From the NCBI GenBank assembly GCA_044220955.1, contig JBGAQA010000011.1:49661-113660 (forward strand): a stretch of DNA of 64,000 bases, in the 5' to 3' direction. Of the stretch, positions 52,409-62,700 are shown piece by piece. This DNA comes from Sandaracinaceae bacterium. GTDB taxonomy: Bacteria; Myxococcota_A; Polyangia; Polyangiales; Sandaracinaceae. The first letter of the stretch is position 1; each line of letters begins with the position of its first letter. Under the pieces are notes generated by a model that did no database searches, was not told the DNA's origin, and worked only from the letters and a program-made list of their open reading frames with translations. The position numbers and the translations under genes are program-made.

Positions 52409-53065
52409 ATGGCCTTCGTTCCGCCGCTGGGGATGAGCGCGGAGCAGGTCCGCGCCGAGCTCGACCGGATCCGGCACCCGCTGCGCGTCGCCGTGAGGCG
52501 AAGCAAGAACGCGTTCAACGTCGGCGCGATCATCCGGACCGCGCACTCCTTCCTCGTGAAGGAGATCGTGCTGATCGGGATCGAGCCCTTCTACGAGCGG
52601 GCCGCGATGGGGATGCAGCGCTTCGAGCACGTCCGGGAGCTGGCGACCGAGACCGAATTCGTCGCGTACGCTCGCGGCGAGGGCTTCCCGATCGTGGCGG
52701 TGGAGAAGGACGCGCCGCGCGTCGTGCCCCTCTGGGAAGCGCGCATGCCCGAGGATGCCTGCCTCGTGATCGGCAACGAGGAGGAAGGTGTCGGCGCCGA
52801 GATCCTCGCGGCGGCCGACGAGGTGGTCGCGATCCCGATGTTCGGCGTGAACCACAGCTACCCGATGACCGTGGCCGCCGGGATCGCGCTGACGGAGTGG
52901 GCGCGGCGGCGCTACGCGGGGGCCGGGCGGCCGGTGATCACGGCAAGAGTGCTCGCGCCCGGAGGGCCCGGAGGGGAGCGGGCGTCGGGCCCGCGGACGG
53001 AAGGGACCGAAGGGGGCGAGCCGATCGCCGCCCGGGTGATCACGAAGCTGCCGAATCGGCCTTGA
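52409..53065 (+). CDS. TrmH/SpoU-family RNA methyltransferase
   Basis: NVGAIIRTA, VIGNEEEGV, IPMFGVNHS. Confidence 0.85.
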   Translation: MAFVPPLGMSAEQVRAELDRIRHPLRVAVRRSKNAFNVGAIIRTAHSFLVKEIVLIGIEPFYERAAMGMQRFEHVRELATETEFVAYARGEGFPIVAVEKDAPRVVPLWEARMPEDACLVIGNEEEGVGAEILAAADEVVAIPMFGVNHSYPMTVAAGIALTEWARRRYAGAGRPVITARVLAPGGPGGERASGPRTEGTEGGEPIAARVITKLPNRP

Positions 53066-53090
53066 TCTCGCCCGACTCGCCGATCATATT
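53062..53090 (+). promoter_or_regulatory. Putative promoter of the tRNA cluster
   Basis: TTGATC-17 nt-CATATT followed by a GC-rich discriminator-like stretch. Confidence 0.45.
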
Positions 53091-53103
53091 CGCCCCCCCT
53101 CAC

Positions 53104-53178
53104 GGTGGCCGTAGCTCAGTTTGGTAGAGCACTGGATTGTGGCTCCGGTTGTCGCGGGTTCGAGCCCCGTCGGTCACC
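53104..53178 (+). tRNA. tRNA-His (GTG)
   Basis: G-1 plus GTGGCCG/CGGTCAC acceptor stem; anticodon arm CTGGA-TTGTGGC-TCCGG; GGTTCGAGCC; no encoded CCA. Confidence 0.95.
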
Positions 53179-53238
53179 CTGTGGTTCCCTTGGTTCCCGT
53201 TCGTTCCTGCCCGCGCTTTGTTCCCCCCGGCCCTGCAT

Positions 53239-53312
<74 letters not shown>

Positions 53313-53346
53313 CTGCCTCACGAAATCGAAATCGAACTGAATTCTA

Positions 53347-53419
53347 GGGTCATTAGCTCAATTGGTAGAGCAGCGGACTCTTAATCCGTTGGCTGACAGT
53401 TCAAGTCTGTCATGACCCA
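53347..53419 (+). tRNA. tRNA-Lys (CTT)
   Basis: GGGTCAT/ATGACCC stem; GCGGA-CTCTTAA-TCCGT; GACAG-TTCAAGT-CTGTC; no encoded CCA. Confidence 0.93.
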
Positions 53420-53486
53420 TCTCTAATCCAGGCCGATCGGCGGGTCGGCTCCGAAGCGAGCGTCGCCCTGCTGTATCCTGTGGCCC

Positions 53487-56400
53487 ATGGTGCGCGCCGC
53501 GGGTCGCTTCGCTCCCCTGCTCGTGGTCGTGCTCGTCGCGTGCTCGAGCAGCGCGACGCTCTCGGTGGACGTGCGCACCGACTTCGCGCCCGGCGTGGAG
53601 TTCACGCAGATCCGGACGCGCCTCGACTCCCGGACGGCGCCGATCGCGATCGCGGCGCGCGGAGACGACTTCGTGGTCGGGCAGCGCGTCGCAGAGTTCG
53701 ACGGGATCGCACCGGGGACCTACGACGTCGTCGCGCAGCTGATCGAGGACGGGACCGTCGTCGGGGAGCGACGCGTCCAGCTCGCGATCCAGTCGACCTA
53801 CGTCGTCACGCTCGTGATCGGCCGCGCCTGTCGCGGCGTGACGTGCCCGCTGCCGATGGGCGATCCGGGGCTGGCCGCGTGCCTGGCCGGGCGCTGCGTC
53901 GACCCCTCGTGCGTGGAGTCCCGACCCGACCCCGTCCTCTGCGGTGTCCCGGCGTGCGTGCACGACGTCGACTGCACGAGCGGCGTGGCGTGCGTCTCGG
54001 CGCACTGCGTGAACGGCGTGTGCCTCGGCTCGGGCGACGACTCGCGCTGCGCGAGCGGAGAGTGGTGTAACCCCGACGTGGGCTGCGAGCCGCTCCCCGC
54101 GAACGGCGACGCCGGCGTCCCCTCCGGCGATGCGGGGATCGACGCGTGGTCCGCGCCCGACGTGGGCCCCGACGACGCCGGCCCGCCGGCGCGCGACGGC
54201 GGGCTCGCGCTCGCCCTCTGCGCGGCGTGCACGGGCACGAGCGACTGCAGGCTCGGCACGAGCTGCGCGGTCGTCGGCGCTGCCTCGGTGTGCGTACCGG
54301 CGTGCTCTCCTGGATGCCCGCGCGGGTTCTCCTGCGTCGGCACCGAGTGCCTGCCCGGGGCGGGGGGATGCTGCATCGACGAGGACGGCGACCGCTACGG
54401 CGCAGGCAGTGCGTGTCTCGGGCCCGACTGCGACGACACATCGTCGATGGTCAGCCCCGCCGCCGCCGAGGCCTGCAACGCGATCGACGACAACTGCGAC
54501 GGGCGCACCGACGAGGGCTGCTCGTGCACGGCGGCCGCGACGCAGGCCTGCGGCACGGACACCGGAGCGTGCGTCGCGGGGATGCAGACCTGCGTCGGCG
54601 GTGCGTGGGGCGCGTGCATGGGGAACGTCGGCCCGACGCCCGAGACGTGCAACGCGATCGACGACGACTGCGATGGCGGGACCGACGAGGGCTTCGCGCT
54701 CGGCGCGGCGTGCGACGGCGCGGACTCGGATCTCTGCACGGAGGGCGCGCTCGTGTGCGGCGGAGGCATGGCGACGTGCGACGATGCGAGCGCCGACACG
54801 CCCGAGACGTGCAACGCGATCGACGACGACTGCGACGGCAGGACCGACGAGATCTGCGTCGACTGCCGCCCGACCGGCTGGACGGCCGAGACGATCGAGA
54901 CCGGCAACGCCGGCGAGTTCGGCGACCTGGTCGCCGACGCGATGGGAGGGCTGCACGCGAGCTACTACGCCGCGGGTGATCTCCACTACGCCTACCACCC
55001 GCCGCGAGGGTACTGGGTGCCGGAGACGACCGACGGCGCGAGCGCCAACGTCGGGCAGTACACGAGCACCGCCATCGACGGCGCCGGCGGGGTGCACGTC
55101 GCCTACTACGACGTCACGGGGGGAAACCTCGACTACGCCTACCGGCCCGCGGGTGGCACGTGGACCTTCAACGTCGTCGACGCCCTCGGCAACACCGGCC
55201 AGCACGCCTCGCTCGCGGTCGATCGCAACGGTGGCGTGCACGTCGTCTACTACGACGCGTCCAACCACGACCTGCGCTACGCCTTCCGCTCGGCCGGCGG
55301 CGCGTGGGCGACGCCGCTGACGGTCGACGGGAGCGGAGACGTCGGGCAGTACGCATCGATCGCGGTCGACTCGCTGGGCGAGCTCTACGTCGCCTACTAC
55401 GACAACACCAACAACGACCTGCGCTTCGCGCATCGCGCTGCCGCGGGCGGTCCGTGGGACTTCGCCACGCCGGTCGCGGCGGGCAACGCCGGGAGCCACG
55501 CGTCCATCGCCGTCGACGCGGCGCGCAACGTCCACATCGCGTACTACGAGGCGGCGTCGACCGATCTCGTCTACGTCAGCCGCCCCGCCGGCGGCAGCTT
55601 CGGTCCCGCGACGCCGGTCGACACGGCGGGCAACGTCGGGCAGTACGCGTCCCTCGCGGTGGACGCCGCGGGCACGATCCACGTCGCCTACCGCGACGCG
55701 AGCAACAACGACCTGCGCTACGCGCGACGTCCGAGCGGTGGCAGCTGGACGACGCTCACCGTGGATGCCCCCTCCGCCGTCGGCGAGTACGCGTCGCTGG
55801 CGGTCGACGGTGCGGGCGTCGTGCACGTCGCGTACTCCGACGGGTCGCACGGCTCGCTGCGCTACGCGCAGCGCTCGACGAGCGGAACGTGGACGACGTC
55901 GGTTCTCGACACGACCGGCACCGCGGGCGATCACGCCTCCCTCGCCGTCGATCCCGGCGGCGGGGTCGTGGTCGCGTACTACGAGTCGGGCGGCGGCGAT
56001 CTGAGGACCGCGTGCAAGGCGCCCGACCGCCCCTGGACGGTGGAGCTCGCCGAAGCGACGAACGACGTGGGGCAGGACTCCTCGATCGCCGTCGACGCAG
56101 CCCTCGGCGTGCACGTCGCCTACTACGACTCCTCCTCGAACGACCTACGCTACGCGTACCGGCCGGCGGGGGGCGGATGGACGACCTCGCTCGTCGACGC
56201 GGCCGGAACCGTCGGTCACTTCACCTCGATCGCGGTCGAGCCCGGCGGGCGGGTGCACATCGCCTACTACGACGGCAGCAACACCAACCTGAAGTACGCC
56301 ACGCGCGTGACCGGCGGCGGCGCCTGGACGATCGAGAACGTCGACACGAGCGCCTCGGTCGGGCAGTACACGAGCATCGGCGTCGACGGGACGGGGTCCG

Positions 56401-56927
56401 TGCACGTCGTGTACTACGACGCGACGGCCGACGACCTGAAGCACGCGCGTCGCGCGCCAGCGGGCGGCTGGACGCTCGAGACCGTCGACACCGCGGGCGC
56501 CACCGGCCTGTGGACCTCGCTCGCGATCGACGCCTCCGACGGTCTGCACGTCAGCTACTACGACCAGACCCGGCTCGACCTGCGCTACGCGTACCTCGCG
56601 GCGGGAGGTGGGTGGACGTTCACGACCGTGGACTCGACCGGTGACGTCGGGCAGTACTCGTCGATCACGCTCGACGCGGCGGGAGTGGTCCACGTCGCCT
56701 ACTGGGACGACACGGCCACGGTGGTGGGCACGCTGACCGTGCGCGCCTCCGACCTGCGACATGCCTACGTCGGGACGGGCGGGGCCTGGTTCCGCGAGAC
56801 GGTCGAGTCCACCGACGACGTGGGGCTCCACGACGCGATGGCGATCGATGCAGCCGGTCTCTGGCACATCCTGCACTTCGACACGACCTCGTCGATCGCG
56901 CGCCACGTCTACCGACTGCCTCCCTGA
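53487..56927 (+). CDS. Large surface lipoprotein: Cys-rich stalk, metal-binding motifs and 14 propeller-type repeats
   Basis: VLVAC lipobox; E.CNAIDD.CDG.TDE x3; 14 copies of S[IL]A[VI]D..G..H[VI]AYYD....L.YA....G.W. Confidence 0.85.
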   Translation: MVRAAGRFAPLLVVVLVACSSSATLSVDVRTDFAPGVEFTQIRTRLDSRTAPIAIAARGDDFVVGQRVAEFDGIAPGTYDVVAQLIEDGTVVGERRVQLAIQSTYVVTLVIGRACRGVTCPLPMGDPGLAACLAGRCVDPSCVESRPDPVLCGVPACVHDVDCTSGVACVSAHCVNGVCLGSGDDSRCASGEWCNPDVGCEPLPANGDAGVPSGDAGIDAWSAPDVGPDDAGPPARDGGLALALCAACTGTSDCRLGTSCAVVGAASVCVPACSPGCPRGFSCVGTECLPGAGGCCIDEDGDRYGAGSACLGPDCDDTSSMVSPAAAEACNAIDDNCDGRTDEGCSCTAAATQACGTDTGACVAGMQTCVGGAWGACMGNVGPTPETCNAIDDDCDGGTDEGFALGAACDGADSDLCTEGALVCGGGMATCDDASADTPETCNAIDDDCDGRTDEICVDCRPTGWTAETIETGNAGEFGDLVADAMGGLHASYYAAGDLHYAYHPPRGYWVPETTDGASANVGQYTSTAIDGAGGVHVAYYDVTGGNLDYAYRPAGGTWTFNVVDALGNTGQHASLAVDRNGGVHVVYYDASNHDLRYAFRSAGGAWATPLTVDGSGDVGQYASIAVDSLGELYVAYYDNTNNDLRFAHRAAAGGPWDFATPVAAGNAGSHASIAVDAARNVHIAYYEAASTDLVYVSRPAGGSFGPATPVDTAGNVGQYASLAVDAAGTIHVAYRDASNNDLRYARRPSGGSWTTLTVDAPSAVGEYASLAVDGAGVVHVAYSDGSHGSLRYAQRSTSGTWTTSVLDTTGTAGDHASLAVDPGGGVVVAYYESGGGDLRTACKAPDRPWTVELAEATNDVGQDSSIAVDAALGVHVAYYDSSSNDLRYAYRPAGGGWTTSLVDAAGTVGHFTSIAVEPGGRVHIAYYDGSNTNLKYATRVTGGGAWTIENVDTSASVGQYTSIGVDGTGSVHVVYYDATADDLKHARRAPAGGWTLETVDTAGATGLWTSLAIDASDGLHVSYYDQTRLDLRYAYLAAGGGWTFTTVDSTGDVGQYSSITLDAAGVVHVAYWDDTATVVGTLTVRASDLRHAYVGTGGAWFRETVESTDDVGLHDAMAIDAAGLWHILHFDTTSSIARHVYRLPP

Positions 56928-56985
56928 CGTCGGGGGCGCCTCGCGGCGACCGAGGGACGACGGGTGCAGCCCGCGTGCGGAACGA

Positions 56986-59900
56986 TCAGCGTCCGCCGTG
57001 GATGCGCCGGCCCTGGGTCTCCCACCACGTGCGGTACTTCTGCTGCACGACCTCGCGGTCCTTCTTGCCCGCGCCGGGATGGAACCCGAAGTACTGCTGC
57101 GTGATCGCCTTGAGGTCCTCGCCCGCGGCGGTGCGCAGTGTCTCGTCGCCGTGGGTGAGCGCGTCGATGAGCCACTCGATGCGATGCCGGCTCTCGTTGC
57201 GATCGGCCCACGCGGACCACTTCCTGGCGCCCGCGCCGAGGTCTTCGCAGGTGATGTCGACGAGCGCGAGGTGCGCGGCGTGCACGACCGCGCCGTCTTC
57301 GTCCTCCAGCAGGTCGACCAAGAGGCGCAGGGCGCCCGCGTCGCGCACCGCCCCGAGCGACGCGATGGCCCTGAGGCGGCGCGTGGGATCCTTGCCGCGG
57401 ATGCGTGCGGTCCGGCGCAAGACCGTCAGCGTCTCGGCCATCTCGGGCATGCCGCGGTGCTTCGCGAGCGCCTCGCACGCGAGCTTGCGAAGGGGCTCGT
57501 CGTCCTCGAACACGCGCGCCGCGAGCGCCTCGACGAGGCCGCCGTTCGGCATGTCGTTCGCGAGCATCGTCGCGTAGAAGCGCACCTCGAGCTCGGCGCT
57601 GCCGAGGATCGCGGCGACGTAGGGGACGGCGCGCTCGCGGAACGCGAACAACGCGCGAGCGATCGCGCTGACGTCGCGTCCGCGCGGCTGCTTGCGGTGC
57701 GGTCGGCGACGGTCGAACCAGAGCGGTCCGGGGAACGCTTGCGCCAGCGCGGGCAGCGAGGCATCGCCGACCCGGAGCAGCGCCTCGACGATCGCAGCTT
57801 CCTCGTCGGGGCCCGCGTGAACGAGATCCTGGACGAGCCCGTTCACCGAGTCGCCCATGTCGACGATGACGGAGCGACTCGCCGCCGTGGGCGGGATCGA
57901 CGGGGCGCGCCCGCCGCCGGGGCGGATGTTCTGCGTGATCTTGTCGACGCGGGCCTCGCGCAGCTCGCTCCGCGCGTAGCTGCCCGTCGGGACGCGCACC
58001 TTCTCCTCGATCGGACGCGGCGCGTCCTCCTCTTCTCTGCGCGGGTCGGCGCGGCGCTTCGGCGAGAGGGTGTTCCCGGCGCTGGCCGTGGGCGGACGGT
58101 CGGACCTGCGCGCCGGCGGGCGGTTGCTCGGCTTGCGCGCCGGCGTCGCGACCACGTCGACCTTCGTGTCCTTGTACAGGTACGTCTCGCGCGGGTGCGC
58201 CGGGCGGGCTCCGGCCTCCGAGCGAGGCGTCGTCAGCGCGATGGGCTCGTCGACGTCGATCTCGGGGCTGAACGCGTCGATGCCGGAGAAATCCTCCGGG
58301 TCGGCCGTGCCGATGACCATCTCGGGCTCGTCGTCGTCGCTGGGCGGCGGGGCGGGCTGGGTGGTCCGGCCCGCGATGGCGAGCAGGCCATCGGGCAGCG
58401 TGTCGCGACCGATCGGTGCGCCTTGCGCCGGAGCGAGCGCGGGCGCCGGCACCCGTGGCGCGCCGGCGAGCGGATCCTTCAGAGCGGCGAACCCCGACGC
58501 CGCCATCGCCGGAATGGGCATCATCCCAAGGTCCACCGCGTCGCTCGCGGGCGGCGGCGGCGCGCTGCGTGGGATCCCCACCATCTGGCGCAGCGCGGCC
58601 GCGCGCTGAGGAGACCTCACGACGGTGGCGACGTCGGGCGAGGGGGCCGGGGCGGACGGGGACGGCTGCGGCGGCACCGACGCCTCGCGGTCCGGCGCGT
58701 CCGGGTGCGCGGGGGTCGGGTGCGCGGGGGCTGGGTGCGCGGGGGCCTCGCGCCGGGGGTCCACGAGCTCGCTCGACGCGATCACGACGTCCACGAGCGA
58801 GCGCGGGGGAACCACGTCGCGCGCCGGATCCGGAGCGGCGGCGCGCTCCGCGGGCGGCGGGGCGGACCACCTGTCTGCCGTGCGGGCGGGTCGTGCCGGC
58901 GGAAGCGACCCGACCGCCTTCGCCGCGGCCTTGAGGCTGTGGCGCTCGGTGGGCTCGGCGGCCTTGCCGAACTCGGCCTGCGACGTCTTCTTCTTCCTCA
59001 GGATGATCCGCTCGAGCGCCGCGACGACCCGCGGCGTGAAGGCCACGAGCTCGGGCAGCTCGCGCAGCTCGAACGCGTCGCCGCCCCGGTCGCCGTAGAG
59101 CATCAGCACCGTTCGCTCGCGCAGAGCGATCGGCAGCAGCAGCGCGAAGACCTTCGGGGGCCGCCGCAGCTCGGACGCGACGTGCGCGTCCGCCTCCGAG
59201 GTGTTCATCGGGCCCAGGGTCGGCTCTCGGAGGCGGCGCGCGATCGCGAAGCGCCCCGGCACGTCGAGAGGCACCGAGAGCCGGCGCACCTCTTCCGAGC
59301 TCGCTCCCTGGCCGAATGCGTCGCGGCCCTCGGCCGTCTCGCCCGTCACGGCGAAGAGCGCCGCGTAGTCGAAGAACTGGCGCGCGAACGCGAAGAAGAT
59401 CGCCAGCACGTCGTCACGCCCGGTGGCGGTATCGAGCAGCTTCACGGCGGCGCCGGCCGTGAGCGGGCCGTGGAGCTTGCGGATCGCGCGCTGCGCCTCG
59501 CTCAGCTCTCCGCTCTGCGACTCGCGGGCGCGCGGTGCCGCCGGCGGCGCGGGCAGGGAGGAGGCGGGCTCCGCGATCGGCCGCGCGGGCGGTGGCGGAC
59601 GCGACGAGCGGCGCACTCCGACGATCGCGACCGGCGCCGCGACCGCGCCCTCGATGCGCGGCGCGATCGGAGCCCGCGGCGCGGAGGGGGGCGCCATGCC
59701 CGGCGTCGTCATGCGCGGCGCGAGCTCGAGCTCGATCGGCACGTCGATCGCCGTCGCGAGGGACGGGTCGGGCGGCTCGGGCACCACGGACCTCGGCGCC
59801 ACGGCCTCGCGCGGCGCGTCCGCCGGCGGGACGCTCGGCTGGCGCGGGAAGCCGTTCGGGTCCGTCGTGCGCCCCTCGCTCGGCGGCATCTGCGACTTGC

Positions 59901-60516
59901 GCGGCGGCGGCGGCGGCGGCGGCTCCTCGTCTTCGTCGTCGAGCCAGCTCGCGTTCGTGCGCGCCTTGCTCGGCAGGTCTGCGAGCGAGCCACGCTCGAG
60001 CTTCGCGGCCTGCGGCGGTGCGACGTAAGGCACCTCGCCGGCCTCGCGGTGGCGCAGCTTCTCGATGAGGCGTCGGTGCCGCGGCGAGGGCTCGATGCCG
60101 TAGTGGTGCTGCAGGCCCGCGGCGATTCGCACCTCGCACACGATGCGCGCGACCAGCTCGTAGCCCAGCAGGAAGCCGATCTGCGACTCGACGTCCGCTG
60201 GCAGCGGGACGGCCGCGGCCACGATCAGCGCCCGACCGTCGACGGCCAAGGGGACGATGCGATGCTTCTCGGCGACCTCGCGCGGCACGAGGCGGATCGT
60301 GTCGCGGTGGACCTTCATCACCTCGTCGCGGGTGGCCGGGAGCACGCCCGCGAGGGCGGCCTGGTACGCCGCGAGCGTGTTCTCGGGCAGCGACTCGAGC
60401 TCGAGCAGGACGGTCGCGATGTCGCCGCCCGAGACCACCTGCTTCTGCAGGGCCTCCTCGATCTTCCGCACCGGAACGGCCTGGTCACGGGCGAGCAACG
60501 AAGTGAGGGCCGACAT
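56986..60516 (-). CDS. FrgA-like protein: GspE/PilB N-terminal-like domain, GAF-like domain, Pro-rich linkers, HEAT repeats
   Basis: EEALQKQ..SGG.I.TVLLE, LVPREVAEKHRIVPL; ATGRDDVL......RQFF...ALF; C-terminal helical repeats; no Walker motifs. Confidence 0.65.
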   Translation of the reverse strand: MSALTSLLARDQAVPVRKIEEALQKQVVSGGDIATVLLELESLPENTLAAYQAALAGVLPATRDEVMKVHRDTIRLVPREVAEKHRIVPLAVDGRALIVAAAVPLPADVESQIGFLLGYELVARIVCEVRIAAGLQHHYGIEPSPRHRRLIEKLRHREAGEVPYVAPPQAAKLERGSLADLPSKARTNASWLDDEDEEPPPPPPPRKSQMPPSEGRTTDPNGFPRQPSVPPADAPREAVAPRSVVPEPPDPSLATAIDVPIELELAPRMTTPGMAPPSAPRAPIAPRIEGAVAAPVAIVGVRRSSRPPPPARPIAEPASSLPAPPAAPRARESQSGELSEAQRAIRKLHGPLTAGAAVKLLDTATGRDDVLAIFFAFARQFFDYAALFAVTGETAEGRDAFGQGASSEEVRRLSVPLDVPGRFAIARRLREPTLGPMNTSEADAHVASELRRPPKVFALLLPIALRERTVLMLYGDRGGDAFELRELPELVAFTPRVVAALERIILRKKKTSQAEFGKAAEPTERHSLKAAAKAVGSLPPARPARTADRWSAPPPAERAAAPDPARDVVPPRSLVDVVIASSELVDPRREAPAHPAPAHPTPAHPDAPDREASVPPQPSPSAPAPSPDVATVVRSPQRAAALRQMVGIPRSAPPPPASDAVDLGMMPIPAMAASGFAALKDPLAGAPRVPAPALAPAQGAPIGRDTLPDGLLAIAGRTTQPAPPPSDDDEPEMVIGTADPEDFSGIDAFSPEIDVDEPIALTTPRSEAGARPAHPRETYLYKDTKVDVVATPARKPSNRPPARRSDRPPTASAGNTLSPKRRADPRREEEDAPRPIEEKVRVPTGSYARSELREARVDKITQNIRPGGGRAPSIPPTAASRSVIVDMGDSVNGLVQDLVHAGPDEEAAIVEALLRVGDASLPALAQAFPGPLWFDRRRPHRKQPRGRDVSAIARALFAFRERAVPYVAAILGSAELEVRFYATMLANDMPNGGLVEALAARVFEDDEPLRKLACEALAKHRGMPEMAETLTVLRRTARIRGKDPTRRLRAIASLGAVRDAGALRLLVDLLEDEDGAVVHAAHLALVDITCEDLGAGARKWSAWADRNESRHRIEWLIDALTHGDETLRTAAGEDLKAITQQYFGFHPGAGKKDREVVQQKYRTWWETQGRRIHGGR

Positions 60517-60695
60517 GGACGAACGCGTCCGGGATGTTCTCTGCGTGTGGGGGGAGGTGTCAACGCCAACGACCTCCGCCGTCGACCTTCGGCAGAGCGA
60601 GGGCGAGGGCGTGCGCGAGCACGAGAGCGGGGGCGGGAGCGAATTGCCCTGCCGTGCTGGCGCTCGGCCAGCGCGCGGGGTACGGGCAGGCCGCG

Positions 60696-62609
60696 ATGAG
60701 CGTTCTCGATGCGCGGGACCTTCGAAAGGCGTTCGGGGACAAGGTGCTCCTCGACGGCGCGTCGCTCACCATCGAGGACGGCGAGCGCGTCGGCCTCGTC
60801 GGGCGCAACGGCACCGGCAAGACGACGCTCGCGCGGATCCTGGCCGAGCAAGAGCCGGCCGACGGGGGCACGATCGCCAGGCGCCGCAACGCGACGGTCG
60901 GCTACCTCGCGCAGGTGCCGGTGCTGGAGCCGGAGAGGAGCGCGTGGTCCGTCGCGTGCGACGGCCTCGCGCGCTGGAACGAGCAGAAGGCCCGCTGGGA
61001 CGCCGCGACGGCGCGCATCGAGGCGGGTGACGCGAGCGAGAAGTGGCTGGACGAGCAGGCGGGCGCGCTCGCGGCCATCGAGCACCTCGGCGGCTGGGAG
61101 CCACAGCATCGTGTTCGCTCGCTGCTCGAGCACCTGCGGGTGCCGGACCCGGAGCGGGCGATCGGCACGATGAGCGGCGGGGAGCAGCGGCGGGTCGCGC
61201 TCGCGCGCCTGCTCGCGCTCGAGCCGGACCTGGCCCTGCTCGACGAGCCGACCAACCACCTCGACGCCGACACGATCGAGTGGCTCGAGGCGTACCTGCT
61301 CGACACCTACCGCGGCGCGATCCTCTTCGTGACGCACGACCGCTACTTCCTCGATCGCATCGTCACGCGGACCCTCGAGCTCTCGCGCGGCCAGCTCCAT
61401 TCGTACGACGGCGGCTACGGCGACTACCTCGCGGCCAAGGCCGAGCGCGCGGAGCACGAGGCGCGCGCCGAGCAGAACCGGCGCAACTTCGTCCGGCGCG
61501 AGCTCGAGTGGCTGCGTCGTACGCCGGCAGCGCGCACCGGCAAGCAGAAGGCGCGCATCGGCCGCGCGGAGACGGCCATCGCGACGCGAGCACCGGAGCG
61601 AGAGCGGACCGTGTCGCTCGCGATGGAAGCGTCCCGCACCAGCAAGACCATCATCGACGTCAGCGATCTGCGCGTCGAGATCGGCGGGCGCGTGCTCGTG
61701 GACGATCTCACGCTCGCGCTGACGAAGGGCGAGCGCGTGGGGATCGTCGGGCCGAACGGCGCCGGCAAGACCACGCTGCTCCGCACGCTGCTCGGCGAGA
61801 TCCCTCCGACCCGCGGGACGGTGCGACGCGGCGCGGCCACGCAGATCGCCTATCTCGACCAGGCGCGCTCGGGGCTCGATCCAGACCAGACGGTGATCGA
61901 GAGCGTGTCGGGCGGGCGCCTGCGGGTGGAGATCGGCGGCGAGAGCCGCGACGTGCGCGGCTGGCTCGACGAGATGCTCTTCTCGCCCGCGCAGCAGCGT
62001 CAGCCCGTCGGCTCGCTCTCGGGAGGGGAGCGCGCGCGCGTGCTCACGCTGCGGATGCTCCTCTCGCCGGCGAGCCTCCTCGTGCTCGACGAGCCCACGA
62101 ACGATCTCGACACCGAGACGCTCTCCGCGCTCGAGGACATGCTCGTCTCCTTCGACGGCACGGCGCTGATCGTCACGCACGATCGCTGGCTGCTCGATCG
62201 CGTGGCCACGGCGATCCTGGCGTTCGAGGGCGAGGGACGGGTCGTGCGCTACGCGGGGAACTGGTCGACCTACGTGGCGCTCCGCCGCGACCGTGAGAGA
62301 GCGCGAGCGCCCGGGCGAGAGCCGGAGCGAGAGCCGGAGCCAGCGCTCGAGCGAGAGGGCGCGCGCGTGCGGGTCGCCGCGAAGAAGCCGCTCACCTACG
62401 CGGAGAAGATCGAGCTCGAGGGTCTGATGAGCGCGATCTCGGAGGCCGAGGCAGTGCTCGCGAAGGCCCAGGCGGAGGCGAACGATCCGTCGCTCTTCGC
62501 GTCGCGCGGACACGAGGTGAAGGATCGTCTCGCCGCGGTGGACACACAACGTGCGCGCGTGGCCGCACTCTATGCACGCTGGGAAGATCTAGAGTCACGA
62601 CGCGCCTAG
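60696..62609 (+). CDS. uup: ABC-F family ATPase (Uup-like)
   Basis: GRNGTGKTT, SGGEQRR, LDEPTNHLD; GPNGAGKTT, LSGGERAR, LDEPTNDLD; C-terminal coiled coil ending LYARWEDLE; no TM. Confidence 0.9.
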   Translation: MSVLDARDLRKAFGDKVLLDGASLTIEDGERVGLVGRNGTGKTTLARILAEQEPADGGTIARRRNATVGYLAQVPVLEPERSAWSVACDGLARWNEQKARWDAATARIEAGDASEKWLDEQAGALAAIEHLGGWEPQHRVRSLLEHLRVPDPERAIGTMSGGEQRRVALARLLALEPDLALLDEPTNHLDADTIEWLEAYLLDTYRGAILFVTHDRYFLDRIVTRTLELSRGQLHSYDGGYGDYLAAKAERAEHEARAEQNRRNFVRRELEWLRRTPAARTGKQKARIGRAETAIATRAPERERTVSLAMEASRTSKTIIDVSDLRVEIGGRVLVDDLTLALTKGERVGIVGPNGAGKTTLLRTLLGEIPPTRGTVRRGAATQIAYLDQARSGLDPDQTVIESVSGGRLRVEIGGESRDVRGWLDEMLFSPAQQRQPVGSLSGGERARVLTLRMLLSPASLLVLDEPTNDLDTETLSALEDMLVSFDGTALIVTHDRWLLDRVATAILAFEGEGRVVRYAGNWSTYVALRRDRERARAPGREPEREPEPALEREGARVRVAAKKPLTYAEKIELEGLMSAISEAEAVLAKAQAEANDPSLFASRGHEVKDRLAAVDTQRARVAALYARWEDLESRRA

Positions 62610-62700
62610 GCGCACATCTGCCCACAAAAAAGACCGATCGAATCGATCACTTGCCGATTTCTTGTTGCTCGAAGGGTCTTGGGCTGATCTCCTAGGCCTC

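Noticed and set aside
62610..62700. c-di-AMP riboswitch or sigma54 promoter before the M23 gene
   Set aside because: Too short and lacks the conserved riboswitch elements; no convincing -24/-12 consensus.
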